The notes: generated by a model from the letters alone, not told the origin. Positions 8,302 to 18,132 are shown, counted from the first letter of the stretch. The stretch is DNA of 64,000 nt from an uncultured Bacteroidota bacterium (GCA_963793485.1 CAWCAB010000001.1:270534-334533); one strand, 5' to 3'. Made by a program: numbers and translations.

Positions 8302-9549
8302 ATGAAAAAACTTCTAACTGCCTTATTTTTGATCAGTTCATTATTCATTTCTAATCCATCATTCTCACAGGTTTCTGTTACCATGGGGGCTGGTTATCAG
8401 TATGATGTGTATTATAGCCTTCAAAATGGCATTATCGACCTTGTTGATCGTGCTGATTGGGACCTTGGCTTTTGTACAGATGCATCGGGTGCATCTATTC
8501 TTATTAATGGAGATAAAGGCCTTGAATTATACACCTATCCGAAGGCAGATACAAGTGCATGGATGAACATCGATACAAATGGATTGGCCATGTGGCCTGT
8601 TATGTTTGATGGTGAAGACCACTGGATGAATGGTGCTTTTAATACAAACTCGCATGGTTTCCCGGATTATGGCTGGGGGATCAAGAATATCAGTACAAAT
8701 GAAATTATTGGAGATTCATTGTATGTTCTAAAGCTTGCTGATGGAACATTTAAGCAGGTATGGGTAGTTAAAAAGGACGTGGATGGGAACAGATTTGATA
8801 TTCGCTTTGCAGATATTGATAATACTTCTGAGTTAGAGGAAACACTTGAACTAGGCAGTTTCACGGATATGAATTTCGCCTACTATAATTTTGATGATGG
8901 GTTTTTGTTCGAAAGGGAGCCGGCTATAACTGAATGGGATCTGCTTTTTACCAGGTACCAGGCCTTCCAACCGCAAGGCGTATTTTTCCCGGTAACAGGT
9001 GTATATACGAACTTGAATAATCCGGGTAACCGTTTCCCATCGGTGGGACATGATTTCAATGATTGGTTTATGCAGTCTATTGATACGGTTAAGACTGTGA
9101 TAGGCTTTAACTGGAAATATTTTGATTTCAGTACTGGATGGGTACTGGATGATTCCCTGGTGTTTTTTATAAGTGACCAGGATGGGAATATTCACAAGAT
9201 ATACTTTACATACTTTGCCGGGACAACTTCAGGCGATATCGAGTTTGAACAGAATATGGTTTCTGTAGTAGGTGTCGAAGAAGCAGACGGCAGGGATGAG
9301 AGCATCAGTCTTTCACCTAATCCTGCGGAGAACCAGATAAGTGTAAGATGGACTCATGCCTTGGGTTCTGACGCTACAATTCATATTTTTAATGCAGCGG
9401 GCAAGGAAGTATTGAAAGAAAAACTGACAGCTGATTTTCTGGAAGGCGGAGAGGTGAGCCTTGATATCAGTTCACTACAAACAGGCATGTATATCGTAAG
9501 CCTGGTATCAGCTAATCGTGTTGTGAATGAGAAACTAATGGTGAGATAA
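8302..9549 (+). CDS. T9SS C-terminal-sorting-domain protein, N-terminal domain tentatively HmuY-like
   Basis: 415 aa with a signal peptide. WDLGF...INGDKG resembles HmuY-family motifs. The C-terminus LSPNPAENQISV...GMYIVSLVSANRVVNEKLMVR is a type-A T9SS CTD. Confidence 0.7.
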   Translation: MKKLLTALFLISSLFISNPSFSQVSVTMGAGYQYDVYYSLQNGIIDLVDRADWDLGFCTDASGASILINGDKGLELYTYPKADTSAWMNIDTNGLAMWPVMFDGEDHWMNGAFNTNSHGFPDYGWGIKNISTNEIIGDSLYVLKLADGTFKQVWVVKKDVDGNRFDIRFADIDNTSELEETLELGSFTDMNFAYYNFDDGFLFEREPAITEWDLLFTRYQAFQPQGVFFPVTGVYTNLNNPGNRFPSVGHDFNDWFMQSIDTVKTVIGFNWKYFDFSTGWVLDDSLVFFISDQDGNIHKIYFTYFAGTTSGDIEFEQNMVSVVGVEEADGRDESISLSPNPAENQISVRWTHALGSDATIHIFNAAGKEVLKEKLTADFLEGGEVSLDISSLQTGMYIVSLVSANRVVNEKLMVR

Positions 9550-9575
9550 GAGTTTCTTCAATAAGCCTAACAGGA

Positions 9576-9626
9576 CGAAAAACGATATAGTGTGCTGAAC
9601 ATTTAAGCACACTATATCGTTTTTTG
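9576..9626 (+). terminator. rho-independent terminator
   Basis: Perfect 16-bp stem, aacgatatagtgtgct (9581-9596) pairing with agcacactatatcgtt (9606-9621), followed by a T-run. It is preceded by an A-run, so it could work in both directions. Confidence 0.8.
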
Positions 9627-9658
9627 TATATTAGAGCTTAATTAACACTTATCTGATT

Positions 9659-10411
9659 ATGAAAAAAACAATCATTTTTATCGTTTTGATCCTGCTGCTT
9701 ATCGCAGCCTGTGCATATTATAATTGCATGCAAAAGGAGAAATTCGAAATGGAAAAGAAAGAGGCAGTAGCTGCAGCAGTCCAGCATACACTCGATTCTA
9801 TCAATCAACACAAGGCCCTGGAAGCACCAAAACAGGTAGTTCAGGCGCACAAGTCCGAACCACCACCACCTCCTCCTGCTAAAAAGAAGGAAGTTAAGAC
9901 AAAGCCTGAAGTTGAGCCTGACGTACTACTTGATAAACGTGACGGACAGGAATATACCATCTTTGAAGACGGAAATGAAAATTGGTGGATGGCGCAGAAC
10001 CTGAATTTTGCTACACCCGGATCCTGGTGCTATGACCTGGATGATGCCAAATGTGCCGAATGGGGAAGGCTGTATACCTGGGATGAAGCCATGATGGCCT
10101 GCCCGGAAGGATGGCATTTACCAAACGACCAGGAATGGTCAGCACTGATCAATTACTATGGCGGGATACACAATGCAGGTAAAAACCTGAAGCCCGGCGG
10201 CGCATCTGAATTCAATGCCCAGTATAGTGGTTATCGTGACAAAGATGGCTTTTTCGGTAAGATCAATGAAAGTGCCTATTACTGGTCTTCTACAGATCAA
10301 AATGCCGATTATGCAAGCTTTAAAGGCCTGTATCATACCGTCGATAATGTAGGAACCTATACTTACACTAAACCAGATGGTATGTCGGTGAGGTGTGTGA
10401 AAGATAAGTAG
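9659..10411 (+). CDS. FISUMP (Fibrobacter succinogenes major paralogous domain) protein with Pro/Lys-rich linker
   Basis: 250 aa. N-terminal anchor, a PPPPPPAKKKEVKTKPE linker, then WMAQNLNF...CPEGWHLPNDQEWSALI...YWSST...VRCVKD, typical of TIGR02145-type domains. Confidence 0.8.
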   Translation: MKKTIIFIVLILLLIAACAYYNCMQKEKFEMEKKEAVAAAVQHTLDSINQHKALEAPKQVVQAHKSEPPPPPPAKKKEVKTKPEVEPDVLLDKRDGQEYTIFEDGNENWWMAQNLNFATPGSWCYDLDDAKCAEWGRLYTWDEAMMACPEGWHLPNDQEWSALINYYGGIHNAGKNLKPGGASEFNAQYSGYRDKDGFFGKINESAYYWSSTDQNADYASFKGLYHTVDNVGTYTYTKPDGMSVRCVKDK

Positions 10412-10412
10412 C

Positions 10413-10489
10413 TAAGAGGAATGAAGACCGAGGAACGAAGACCGAGGAACGAGTAACGAATAACGAATAACGAGTAACGAGTAACGATT
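10413..10489. repeat. heptanucleotide tandem array, 11 units
   Basis: taagagg aatgaag accgagg aacgaag accgagg aacgagt aacgaat aacgaat aacgagt aacgagt aacgatt. Starts 2 nt after the stop at 10409-10411. Confidence 0.95.
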
Positions 10490-10501
10490 GTATCTTGTTA
10501 T

Positions 10502-10891
10502 CTACTGTTTATGCCCTTCGAAATCGCCGCTGGTATTATCCTCCAGTTCTTCCCAGCTTCCGGAAACTTCGTAATGACCGGTGATGAGCCCGGCCAGCAG
10601 TATTTCAGGTCCCGAAAAGGCGAAGATCCCTTGCTCGTTAAGGGTAACAATACGAGAATAGGTTGAGTTGTCAGAATCAGATGTAACAAACATCTCGAAC
10701 TGGAAACTGTTCACGATAGTGAAGGTCCATGTGCCTGTGTCGTCCCCGCTATATGTTCCGGCATATATTCCCTGGTAGGGCAGGAGCCAGGTTGGGGTTA
10801 CATTTGGATCAGGCTCTTCCTCTTTACATGCAATGGTGATCATGGCCAATATCATAAACATTGCCAGCATTCTAGTGATGATCTTTTTCAT
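10502..10891 (-). CDS. hypothetical lipoprotein
   Basis: The likely start is MKKIITRML (ATG at 10889-10891) rather than the ORF-track start at 10918. Lipobox ITIA-C followed by KEEEPD. Confidence 0.55.
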   Translation of the reverse strand: MKKIITRMLAMFMILAMITIACKEEEPDPNVTPTWLLPYQGIYAGTYSGDDTGTWTFTIVNSFQFEMFVTSDSDNSTYSRIVTLNEQGIFAFSGPEILLAGLITGHYEVSGSWEELEDNTSGDFEGHKQ

Positions 10892-11022
10892 AACAATTAG
10901 GTTATTTGGTTTCCCCAATACAGGAAATTAAGAAATTCTTAAATTTTTTGTTGACAGATCCCTAAAAACTTTTCGACAGCCACCAGCCACCAGCTCCCAG
11001 CAAACAGAATTCCCGAACTCTC

Positions 11023-11757
11023 TTATTTCTTTCCGGCAATAATATAATGCAGCCCGAACATAAAGGTCACGCCTGCATTATGCGATGCTTCGTAGTTTCC
11101 GTCAATATTATTTATCTGGTATGCTGTGGCGTTGATATCTGTCAGTCCGTAAAACATACGTGCACCAACGGACAGGTATAACATATTTTTAACCAAAAAG
11201 ATATCTGCACCCAGGTCGAGAACAAGAGAGATATCTGTATTGGTAAAGCGTTCTTTGATATCTGTGGCACCTACATCAAATGTATTTCCTTCTTTATCTG
11301 TGCGCTCTTCAGAATAGTCCTCGCCATTCATTGTGTATGTCTGTTCTGCACTCTGGAGGAAGCCAAACTGAGGGCCAAATAATAATCTGAAGCGTGCCCT
11401 GCTCTCACCATAAGAATATTTGAAAAATACAGGTACATTCATATATTTCAGGTCAACGGTACGTTTAATATCAGCATTCCCCCAGGTATCTTTGTAATTC
11501 TGGCCCTGGTTTAAAACCCCGATCTCAGTAAAAAGTCCGATGCTCTCTGTAAAATTGTAACCTGCCTGGAAATTAAAGCCACCGCCCCAGGTGTATTCAT
11601 AGTCCATTTCGGTTAATCCATAGTTGTTCTGGTTAATGATCCAGGTGCTTCCATATCCACCCTGTGCACCAATTTCAAAATGCTTGTCTTTTTGTGCAAA
11701 AACACTTGTGAACAATGTAAAAACAAGTAATAAAGTTGTAATCGTTTTGAGTTTCAT
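11023..11757 (-). CDS. outer-membrane beta-barrel protein (porin-family/OmpA-like barrel)
   Basis: 244 aa. Signal peptide, alternating amphipathic beta-strand pattern, aromatic C-terminal strand (FMFGLHYIIAGKK). Confidence 0.65.
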   Translation of the reverse strand: MKLKTITTLLLVFTLFTSVFAQKDKHFEIGAQGGYGSTWIINQNNYGLTEMDYEYTWGGGFNFQAGYNFTESIGLFTEIGVLNQGQNYKDTWGNADIKRTVDLKYMNVPVFFKYSYGESRARFRLLFGPQFGFLQSAEQTYTMNGEDYSEERTDKEGNTFDVGATDIKERFTNTDISLVLDLGADIFLVKNMLYLSVGARMFYGLTDINATAYQINNIDGNYEASHNAGVTFMFGLHYIIAGKK

Positions 11758-11992
11758 CTTGTTGCTATTTAATTAAACCTTTGATTTATATCTATTTATT
11801 AGAATTGATGTGATTATTCAAGTTTTTTAATCGTGCAAATATAAAATCATATTTTGAATTGATAACAAGGAATAAGGAATCCCGAAAAACCAGAATTCTT
11901 CGAATTCATAGTTTTTCGTGGATCCTCGATAAAAGAGCAAATCAAAGATTTGCATTTTATCGGGACAAGGAACAAGGTTAAATACTAGAAAT

Positions 11993-12017
11993 AAAAAAAG
12001 CCCGGGGATACCCGGGC
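11993..12017 (-). terminator. rho-independent terminator for the 12248-12676 gene
   Basis: gcccggg (12000-12006) pairs with cccgggc (12011-12017) around a gata loop. The + strand A-run at 11993-11999 is the T-run on the minus strand. Confidence 0.7.
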
Positions 12018-12247
12018 TAAGAAATATAGTTGTTTACAATTACTGATTTGTTTAAGTCTTGCTTAGCTATTGAATATAAAGAATGATAACATCAATAGAA
12101 TAAAACTTGGATAGAGAACCATCAGACTCCAGATATGAATGTTTTTCAGAACTGACTTTATTTGATGTATTTTTTTCATAACGCATGTTTTAAAATTATG
12201 ATCAGAGGCTTGAGTGTTTTTCATGCATTTTTAGCATTGAAAAACAT

Positions 12248-12676
12248 CTAGTGTATATATTCATGGACTGGAATCACAGTAGGATGCAGTGAGAAGCGAA
12301 ATGTTGAGTGCCTGGAGCTGCAATCTATGATGTCCGGATTGGTTTGTATCTGGTTAGAGCATGGGCCTAGAACAACCCACATCTCTTCCAAATTTGCGAT
12401 TCTTTTGCCGCTAATTGGTCCGATTTCATAAAAAACATAAGTGCTGGTTCCTTCAATATAGGGAAGAGGGCTTACAACAAGATTTCCATCTTCGTCGGAG
12501 ATTGTTACGTAGTATTCACTACAGAGGCCAACAACGGATATAAGATCAACGTCGACCACATACGTAATGAGTGGAGAATTGGTAGGGGGCTTTTCGTTAG
12601 TAGTTACAGAAGAAACAGTTGTGACAAAAATGAGAATCATTACCAGACTCATCATTGATAATTTGAACTTTTTCAT
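12248..12676 (-). CDS. hypothetical secreted protein
   Basis: 142 aa with an N-terminal signal peptide (MKKFKLSMMSLVMILIFVTTVSS). No recognisable domain. Confidence 0.5.
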   Translation of the reverse strand: MKKFKLSMMSLVMILIFVTTVSSVTTNEKPPTNSPLITYVVDVDLISVVGLCSEYYVTISDEDGNLVVSPLPYIEGTSTYVFYEIGPISGKRIANLEEMWVVLGPCSNQIQTNPDIIDCSSRHSTFRFSLHPTVIPVHEYIH

Positions 12677-12779
12677 AAGGCTGTTTTTTTAGTGTAAATT
12701 ACGATTACGAATTATTCAACTAAATTATACTCTCATATGATGGAAAGCATTATATAATTCGCTTAATGTTTTACATAAT

Positions 12780-13373
12780 TTACAGATTATCAGCCTTTTT
12801 TAACAAATTTTTGTGAAGTTTCCTGAAATAGGAGGGGGTCAATCCTGTTTCTTTTTTGAATTGACCTGAAAGATGTGCCACACTGCTATAGCGTAATTTG
12901 TAAGAAATTTCATTTAAAGTGTATTCACTATGAATCAGCATTTCTTTCACCCTATCGATCCTTTGTTTGATGAGCTGTTTTTCAATAGATATACCCTTTG
13001 CTGCAGAAAAAAGATTGCTGAGGTAGGTATAGTCGTATCCTAATTTCTTGCTGATATAATCCGAGAAATTACTTTTGGGTTCCTCCTCACAATGGTATAC
13101 TATTTCAGCGATGGTATTTTTGATTTTTTCGACAATGATGCTGTTTTTGTCATCGATCACTTCCAGACCAAGTTTCTCGATTGAGCCTTTGAAAACGTCT
13201 AATTGATCTTCCGAAATATTATCCCTTATCTCAGCTTCGCCTCCATGAATGGTGAAATCAACAAATCCAAGTTCTCTAAGTTCATACTCCACCACTTTTG
13301 TGCAGCGGATGCAAGCCATATTCTGGATGAATAGTTTCATGTCGAAATCATGATTTTCAATATTGTTGAACAT
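12780..13373 (-). CDS. AraC-family transcriptional regulator with N-terminal HMA-like domain
   Basis: The C-terminal AraC HTH is LNEISYKLRYSSVAHLSGQFKKETGLTPSYFRK. The N-terminal MKLFIQNMACIRC resembles a heavy-metal-associated fold. The true start may be the internal Met at 13340. Confidence 0.75.
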   Translation of the reverse strand: MFNNIENHDFDMKLFIQNMACIRCTKVVEYELRELGFVDFTIHGGEAEIRDNISEDQLDVFKGSIEKLGLEVIDDKNSIIVEKIKNTIAEIVYHCEEEPKSNFSDYISKKLGYDYTYLSNLFSAAKGISIEKQLIKQRIDRVKEMLIHSEYTLNEISYKLRYSSVAHLSGQFKKETGLTPSYFRKLHKNLLKKADNL

Positions 13374-13444
13374 TCAATTATTTACGACCTTAACTTTAAA
13401 CTAAACAATGTAGGAGGATTTAAGTTCAATTATGGATGATGGGC

Positions 13445-13598
13445 ATTAGGCATTGGGCGTTAGGCGTTAGGCGTTAGGCAGTAGGCAGTAGGCGGTATGC
13501 GGTATGCAGTAAGCAATAAGCAGTAGGCAGTATTAACCATGTAGCCATGTAGCCGCTTTCCCTCGCCCCCCGTCCCTCGTCCCCCGTCCCGCATCCAG
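13445..13598. repeat. heptanucleotide tandem array, 22 in-phase units
   Basis: attaggc attgggc gttaggc x3 agtaggc x2 ggtatgc x2 agtaagc aataagc agtaggc agtatta accatgt agccatg tagccgc tttccct cgccccc cgtccct cgtcccc cgtcccg catccag. Confidence 0.95.
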
Positions 13599-13751
13599 GA
13601 AACTATAATCCGTATTTATCGTATTTAAGAGACAGGGGGATTTGTTAATTACCCCGGATACATCTATGACTTAAAATGGGCAGGATATTTCATATCAGGC
13701 AACCATCAGCATGTGTATTGGCATTATTTATAATGTTCATGTTCACTGGCT

Positions 13752-14288
13752 ATGCTATTTATGCACAGGATGAAGAACCTTCAGAAATCCCAGGAGGAAG
13801 TTGATGAGGAAAAGCATAGAATTTATGAGATTGAACAGAAGTTAATAGACAATTCATACATCTTCTTTTGCGACAGGATTATCGACAGTGACTCAAACCT
13901 GAAAGAGGCTGCGATCATTTTCGATGGAAATACAGCAACTGCCTATAGCCGTGTTATACATGTAGCAAACTGTGCCGGGGATATAGACCTGATCCGGAAT
14001 GTAATTCCCAACAGGGAATACCTGGATCGATTGCAGGCTCATTATGATCATTTGCCTCCTGAATACCTCAAAGTTTCTGATATCAGCAAGCGAACCAGGA
14101 AATTCGTCCTGATGCCCCGGAAGCGGGTGATATGTGAGCTGTATATATTCAGACCCATTGAGTACAGAAACGTATATTATATCTTGTATTATGTGTTGTT
14201 CGAGAAAGAACTTAAAATTTTATATGGCATCAGCCTGGATGATGACTACCAGGTGATCGACTATTGTACCAAGATTTATAAGTTGTAG
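13752..14288 (+). CDS. hypothetical protein, possibly the frameshifted body of a secreted protein
   Basis: 178-aa ORF with no recognisable domain. A 42-codon ORF at 13676-13804 in another frame encodes a signal-peptide-like sequence (see findings). Confidence 0.45.
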   Translation: MLFMHRMKNLQKSQEEVDEEKHRIYEIEQKLIDNSYIFFCDRIIDSDSNLKEAAIIFDGNTATAYSRVIHVANCAGDIDLIRNVIPNREYLDRLQAHYDHLPPEYLKVSDISKRTRKFVLMPRKRVICELYIFRPIEYRNVYYILYYVLFEKELKILYGISLDDDYQVIDYCTKIYKL

Positions 14289-14339
14289 TGCATGCTGATC
14301 CCTTGGTGCTTGTTGGTATAGCTAAATGTCTTATAATGA

Positions 14340-15992
14340 TCATCTTGTCATCAATATCTTCTGTGCAATTTTCTGCTTTCCTGCCTGTATGATGACAAAA
14401 TAGATGCCATCGGGTAAGGAGCCTCTATGATATGCCAGATCGTATTCTCCCGCTGCCTGGATCCCAGCATACAACTTCGCTACAAGTTGTCCGGAAATAT
14501 TAATTACACCGACTGAGATTTGCTGTCTTAATTTGTTCTTGTATGTAACGTGGCAGTCTTCCCTGCAGGGATTGGGGAAGCACCGGAGTCTTTCAATGGT
14601 CTGATTGGCCATTTTCTCACCTGGTAGCTCATCAAGTGAGGTGGTAATATCATAGTACCATACATAGGGCCCACCCCAGGAACCCATATCATTTCTCAAA
14701 GTCCCTTTTGAAGGCCACAATGCCATTCCCGGTAATCCCGGATCTTCCAGATCGTTATAAACCGGGTCAGGATCGCCGGTATCAATACAGGGTGATCCAA
14801 TATTCAAGAGATATAAGTAGTTGCCAAGTGTGGTAAAATTAGGTTCCTGGTCAATATTATTCTCATAGATGCCTTCATAATTCAGGTAAATCGCACCACC
14901 ATACCAGGTGCCGATGGAATCAATCCCTCCTTCAAGATCACAATAGTAGAAATCAGGATCTGAATCTTCGGAAAACAGGTGGATTTGAGGCCCATCAACA
15001 AAGGCAGTATTTCCCCACAGGATACAATTACGGAATACGGGGCTGGAATTCACTTCTACATCAATGCCACCTCCAAAAAGAGCAAAATTCTCAACTATTG
15101 TGTTGTTAATGAAAGTTGCCTGGCAGTTGCCTTCAAGGTCGGCGCCACCGCCCTCTTCATAAGCGACATTCGAATATATCAGGTTGTTTCTGACAATTGG
15201 ATTGCAATTGGTTTCAAGCTGCATAGCCCCACCATAATCAGCAAAGTTGCCTGCAAAAAGATTGGCCGTGATTTCATCATTGCATCCTGAATACATACTA
15301 ATGCCACCACCTGAATTGAATGCATGATTGTCGACAAAGAAACTTTTTGCAATACGGGATGATGAGCTGAAAGCAGCTATGGCACCACCATTTACTGCTA
15401 TATTATGAAAATAATTATTTTCTTCCAGGATAATACTTGCTTCGGCAATGGCAACAGCGCCACCTCCACTAAGTGCAGCATTTTTGTAAAAGAATGAATT
15501 GGAAATCATGAGATTGTCATACTGATATACAGCTATTGCTCCTCCGGATTGATCGAGGGATTGTTGACCGGTGGCTTTGCCAAATGCAAACATGCAATAT
15601 CTGAGCCTGGAAGAATCGATGGATGGTCCACCATATCCAAAACGGATACCGTGCCAGCCACCGTCAGGGATATTAATGTCATGCCATCCCGTAGAATCGT
15701 TGATGGTGAAAAGGATCGAATCATTTAGTGCACCTTCGGCAATCAATGAACCCTGAACCAGAAACTTATAATGTCCCTGAAACTCAACGGTAACCCCTGG
15801 ATTGATAACAAGGGATTGACCTGTTGCAATAAATATTTCACCCTGGATATAATAGGGTGACCCGCCAGGGGACCATGTGCCGCTTACAGCTCCGGCCGGG
15901 ACCGGGGTTTGGGCAGTTGATGATGTTGGGAATGCAATGACAATGGCAGAGATCAGAATAGTGATCAGCAGGTATGTTCTCCTTGTTTTCAT
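14340..15992 (-). CDS. T9SS cargo: right-handed beta-helix protein with Pmp-type (FxxN...GGAI) repeats
   Basis: The likely start is MKTRRTYLL at 15992. Repeated FYKNAALSGGGAVAI, FHNIAVNGGAIAA, FVDNHAFNSGGGISM and FAGNFADYGGAMQL. The C-terminal CFPNPCRED...DGIYFVIIQAGKQKIAQKILMTR is a T9SS CTD. Confidence 0.75.
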   Translation of the reverse strand: MKTRRTYLLITILISAIVIAFPTSSTAQTPVPAGAVSGTWSPGGSPYYIQGEIFIATGQSLVINPGVTVEFQGHYKFLVQGSLIAEGALNDSILFTINDSTGWHDINIPDGGWHGIRFGYGGPSIDSSRLRYCMFAFGKATGQQSLDQSGGAIAVYQYDNLMISNSFFYKNAALSGGGAVAIAEASIILEENNYFHNIAVNGGAIAAFSSSSRIAKSFFVDNHAFNSGGGISMYSGCNDEITANLFAGNFADYGGAMQLETNCNPIVRNNLIYSNVAYEEGGGADLEGNCQATFINNTIVENFALFGGGIDVEVNSSPVFRNCILWGNTAFVDGPQIHLFSEDSDPDFYYCDLEGGIDSIGTWYGGAIYLNYEGIYENNIDQEPNFTTLGNYLYLLNIGSPCIDTGDPDPVYNDLEDPGLPGMALWPSKGTLRNDMGSWGGPYVWYYDITTSLDELPGEKMANQTIERLRCFPNPCREDCHVTYKNKLRQQISVGVINISGQLVAKLYAGIQAAGEYDLAYHRGSLPDGIYFVIIQAGKQKIAQKILMTR

Positions 15993-16202
15993 AAGGAAAT
16001 GAATTAAGTAAACAATATGCCTGCTTTTTGCCTGAAGATAGGTCAGGCCTTTTAGGTACATGCCGAAAAGATGATTATTCCTGCATGAATTTCATGGACG
16101 AATACAGTCTCTTTTGTTTATAAGATATGGGTAATGATTTACTCAAAGATAACATAAAGTAGAAATGATTGCAAGTATAAAAGGTATATGTCACGACCTG
16201 TA

Positions 16203-16282
16203 CTTGATTATCGCTCTGTGATTTAGTATATTTACAGTACCAACGGTGAACCTTCCTTATGTTTTGCTTAATCAATAGCTGA
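16203..16282 (+). promoter_or_regulatory. conserved promoter/5'-leader cassette, copy C1 (only + strand copy)
   Basis: cttgattatcgctctgtgatttagtatatttacagtaccaacggtgaaccttccttatgttttgcttaatcaatagct. Matches the five minus-strand copies. TTG, about 20 nt, then TATATTTA resembles the Bacteroidetes -33/-7 pattern. Confidence 0.5.
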
Positions 16283-16449
16283 TATGCTATCAGCAGTATC
16301 CGATTAACGAAAAATACTTGTTAAATTGATATATAGATTACCCGAACATGTTTTTGTCTGCCCTATATGGGTGCATAAAGCAACAATAGCTTACTATATT
16401 AACAATTGCCAATGATTAGATTGAAAACGGAAATTAAACAAAAAACAAA

Positions 16450-17817
16450 ATGAAAACAAAATTACTTCTGTTACTTACATTTATGATTTATGTAAACACC
16501 CATGCTCAATTCGGCCCACAACAAATTATAACAACAAATGCAGTTGGGGCAATATCAGTTTACGCCACAGATATCGACGGAGATGGCGATATGGATGTGC
16601 TTTCTGCTTCTCAAAATGATGATAAAATAGCCTGGTATGAAAATACCGATGGCCAAGGAAGTTTTGGCTCGCAACAGATTATAACAATAAACGCAGATAA
16701 AGCAATATCGGTTTACGCCACAGATATCGACGGAGATGGCGATGTGGATGTGCTTTCTGCTTCTCAAAATGATGATAAAATAGCCTGGTATGAAAATATC
16801 GACGGAGAAGGTAATTTTGGTTCACAACAAATCATTACAACAAATGCAGATTATGCAGGATCTGTATACGCCACCGACATAGACGGAGATAAGGATATGG
16901 ATGTTCTTTCTGCTTCTCTTAATGATTCTAAAATAGCCTGGTATGAAAATATCGACGGACAAGGTAATTTTGGTTCACAACAAATTATAACAACAATTGC
17001 AGATGGGGCATTTTCAGTCTACACTGCCCATATAGATGGAGATGGCGATATGGATGTGCTTTCTGCCTCTTTTAATGATGGTAAGATAGCCTGGTACGAA
17101 AATACTGACGGACAAGGTAATTTTGGTTCACAACAAATCATTGCAACAAATGTAGCGGGAGCAAGACCCGTTTACGCTATTGATATAGACGGAGATGGCG
17201 ATATGGATGTGCTTTCTGCTTCTTATTATAATGATGAAATAGCCTGGTATGAAAACATTGACGGACAAGGTAATTTTGATTCGCAACAAATCATTACAAC
17301 AAATACAGATGGGGCCTATTGGGTTCATGCAAGCGATATAGACGGAGATGGCGATATGGATGTGCTTTCTGCTTCTGTTAATGATGATAAAATAGCCTGG
17401 TACGAAAATACCGATGGACAAGGGAGTTTTGGTTCACAACAAATCATTACAACAAATGCAGCTGAGGCAATGTCAGTTTACGCCACTGATATAGACGGAG
17501 ATGTTGATATAGATGTGCTTTCTGCTTCTTTTGATGATGATAAAATAGCCTGGTATGAAAATTTAACAACTTTGGCTATAAATCAAAACACATTAATAAG
17601 TTTTTCAATTTATCCAATACCAACAACAGGTGCTTTAATTGTTAAATCAAAAGCAAGCATTGCTCAAATAGAAATTTATAACAAGTTTGGTCAATTAATG
17701 ATGTCAAAATCAAACGAAAATAAGATTGATATATCTACCTTAAGTCAGGGTTTGTATTTCTGTAAAGTTAAAGATGAAAACGGTGTTTCTGGAATAAAAA
17801 AAATAGTGAGGGAATAG
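16450..17817 (+). CDS. T9SS cargo: seven-blade FG-GAP/VCBS beta-propeller protein
   Basis: 455 aa. Seven 51-aa repeats of the form FGSQQIITTNADxAxSVYATDIDGDGDMDVLSASxNDDKIAWYENTDGQGN. C-terminal T9SS CTD (FSIYPIPTTGALIV...GLYFCKVKDENGVSGIKKIVRE). Confidence 0.85.
   Translation: MKTKLLLLLTFMIYVNTHAQFGPQQIITTNAVGAISVYATDIDGDGDMDVLSASQNDDKIAWYENTDGQGSFGSQQIITINADKAISVYATDIDGDGDVDVLSASQNDDKIAWYENIDGEGNFGSQQIITTNADYAGSVYATDIDGDKDMDVLSASLNDSKIAWYENIDGQGNFGSQQIITTIADGAFSVYTAHIDGDGDMDVLSASFNDGKIAWYENTDGQGNFGSQQIIATNVAGARPVYAIDIDGDGDMDVLSASYYNDEIAWYENIDGQGNFDSQQIITTNTDGAYWVHASDIDGDGDMDVLSASVNDDKIAWYENTDGQGSFGSQQIITTNAAEAMSVYATDIDGDVDIDVLSASFDDDKIAWYENLTTLAINQNTLISFSIYPIPTTGALIVKSKASIAQIEIYNKFGQLMMSKSNENKIDISTLSQGLYFCKVKDENGVSGIKKIVRE
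16510..17575 (+). repeat. seven tandem 153-bp intragenic repeats (propeller blades)
   Basis: Long near-identical DNA stretches recur every 153 bp, e.g. gatatcgacggagatggcgatatggatgtgctttctgcttct...aaaatagcctggtatgaaaat. Confidence 0.9.
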
Positions 17818-18057
17818 TTGCATACGTTAGAGTTTCGCACGAGTGGGCTTATAGTATTAATCATCATCCCAGGTATTCTCATACACATGGTTTGATCGAA
17901 GAAAAGAGGAAAGGGAGGATTTTGTTTCAAGAGGTCTTAATTCTCTTGAAATCCCCGCCAACAGGATGACAGTTTTTGCTAAATGGGTTTGCTGGCCAGT
18001 AAGAATAGCAGCCAGTTTGGCATTGATTAGCCTTAATTTTAATTTTTCTCAGTTTTA

Positions 18058-18089
18058 TTTGTCCATAATAAATTGTTTATGTACTTTTG
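18058..18089 (+). promoter_or_regulatory. candidate Bacteroidetes sigma-A promoter upstream of tRNA-Ser
   Basis: TTTG at 18058-18061, 20 nt of spacing, then TACTTTTG (TAnnTTTG) at 18082-18089. About 90 nt upstream of the tRNA. Confidence 0.4.
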
Positions 18090-18132
18090 CCCCTCGCAAA
18101 ATAGAGGTCCGGGGATGGGGAAAGAGGCGTGA

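Noticed and set aside
16555-17421. Minus-strand ORFs 16555-16767 and 17128-17421, which have internally repeated peptides.
   Set aside because: They are the antisense of the seven 153-bp FG-GAP blade repeats. The repetition is inherited from the sense gene.
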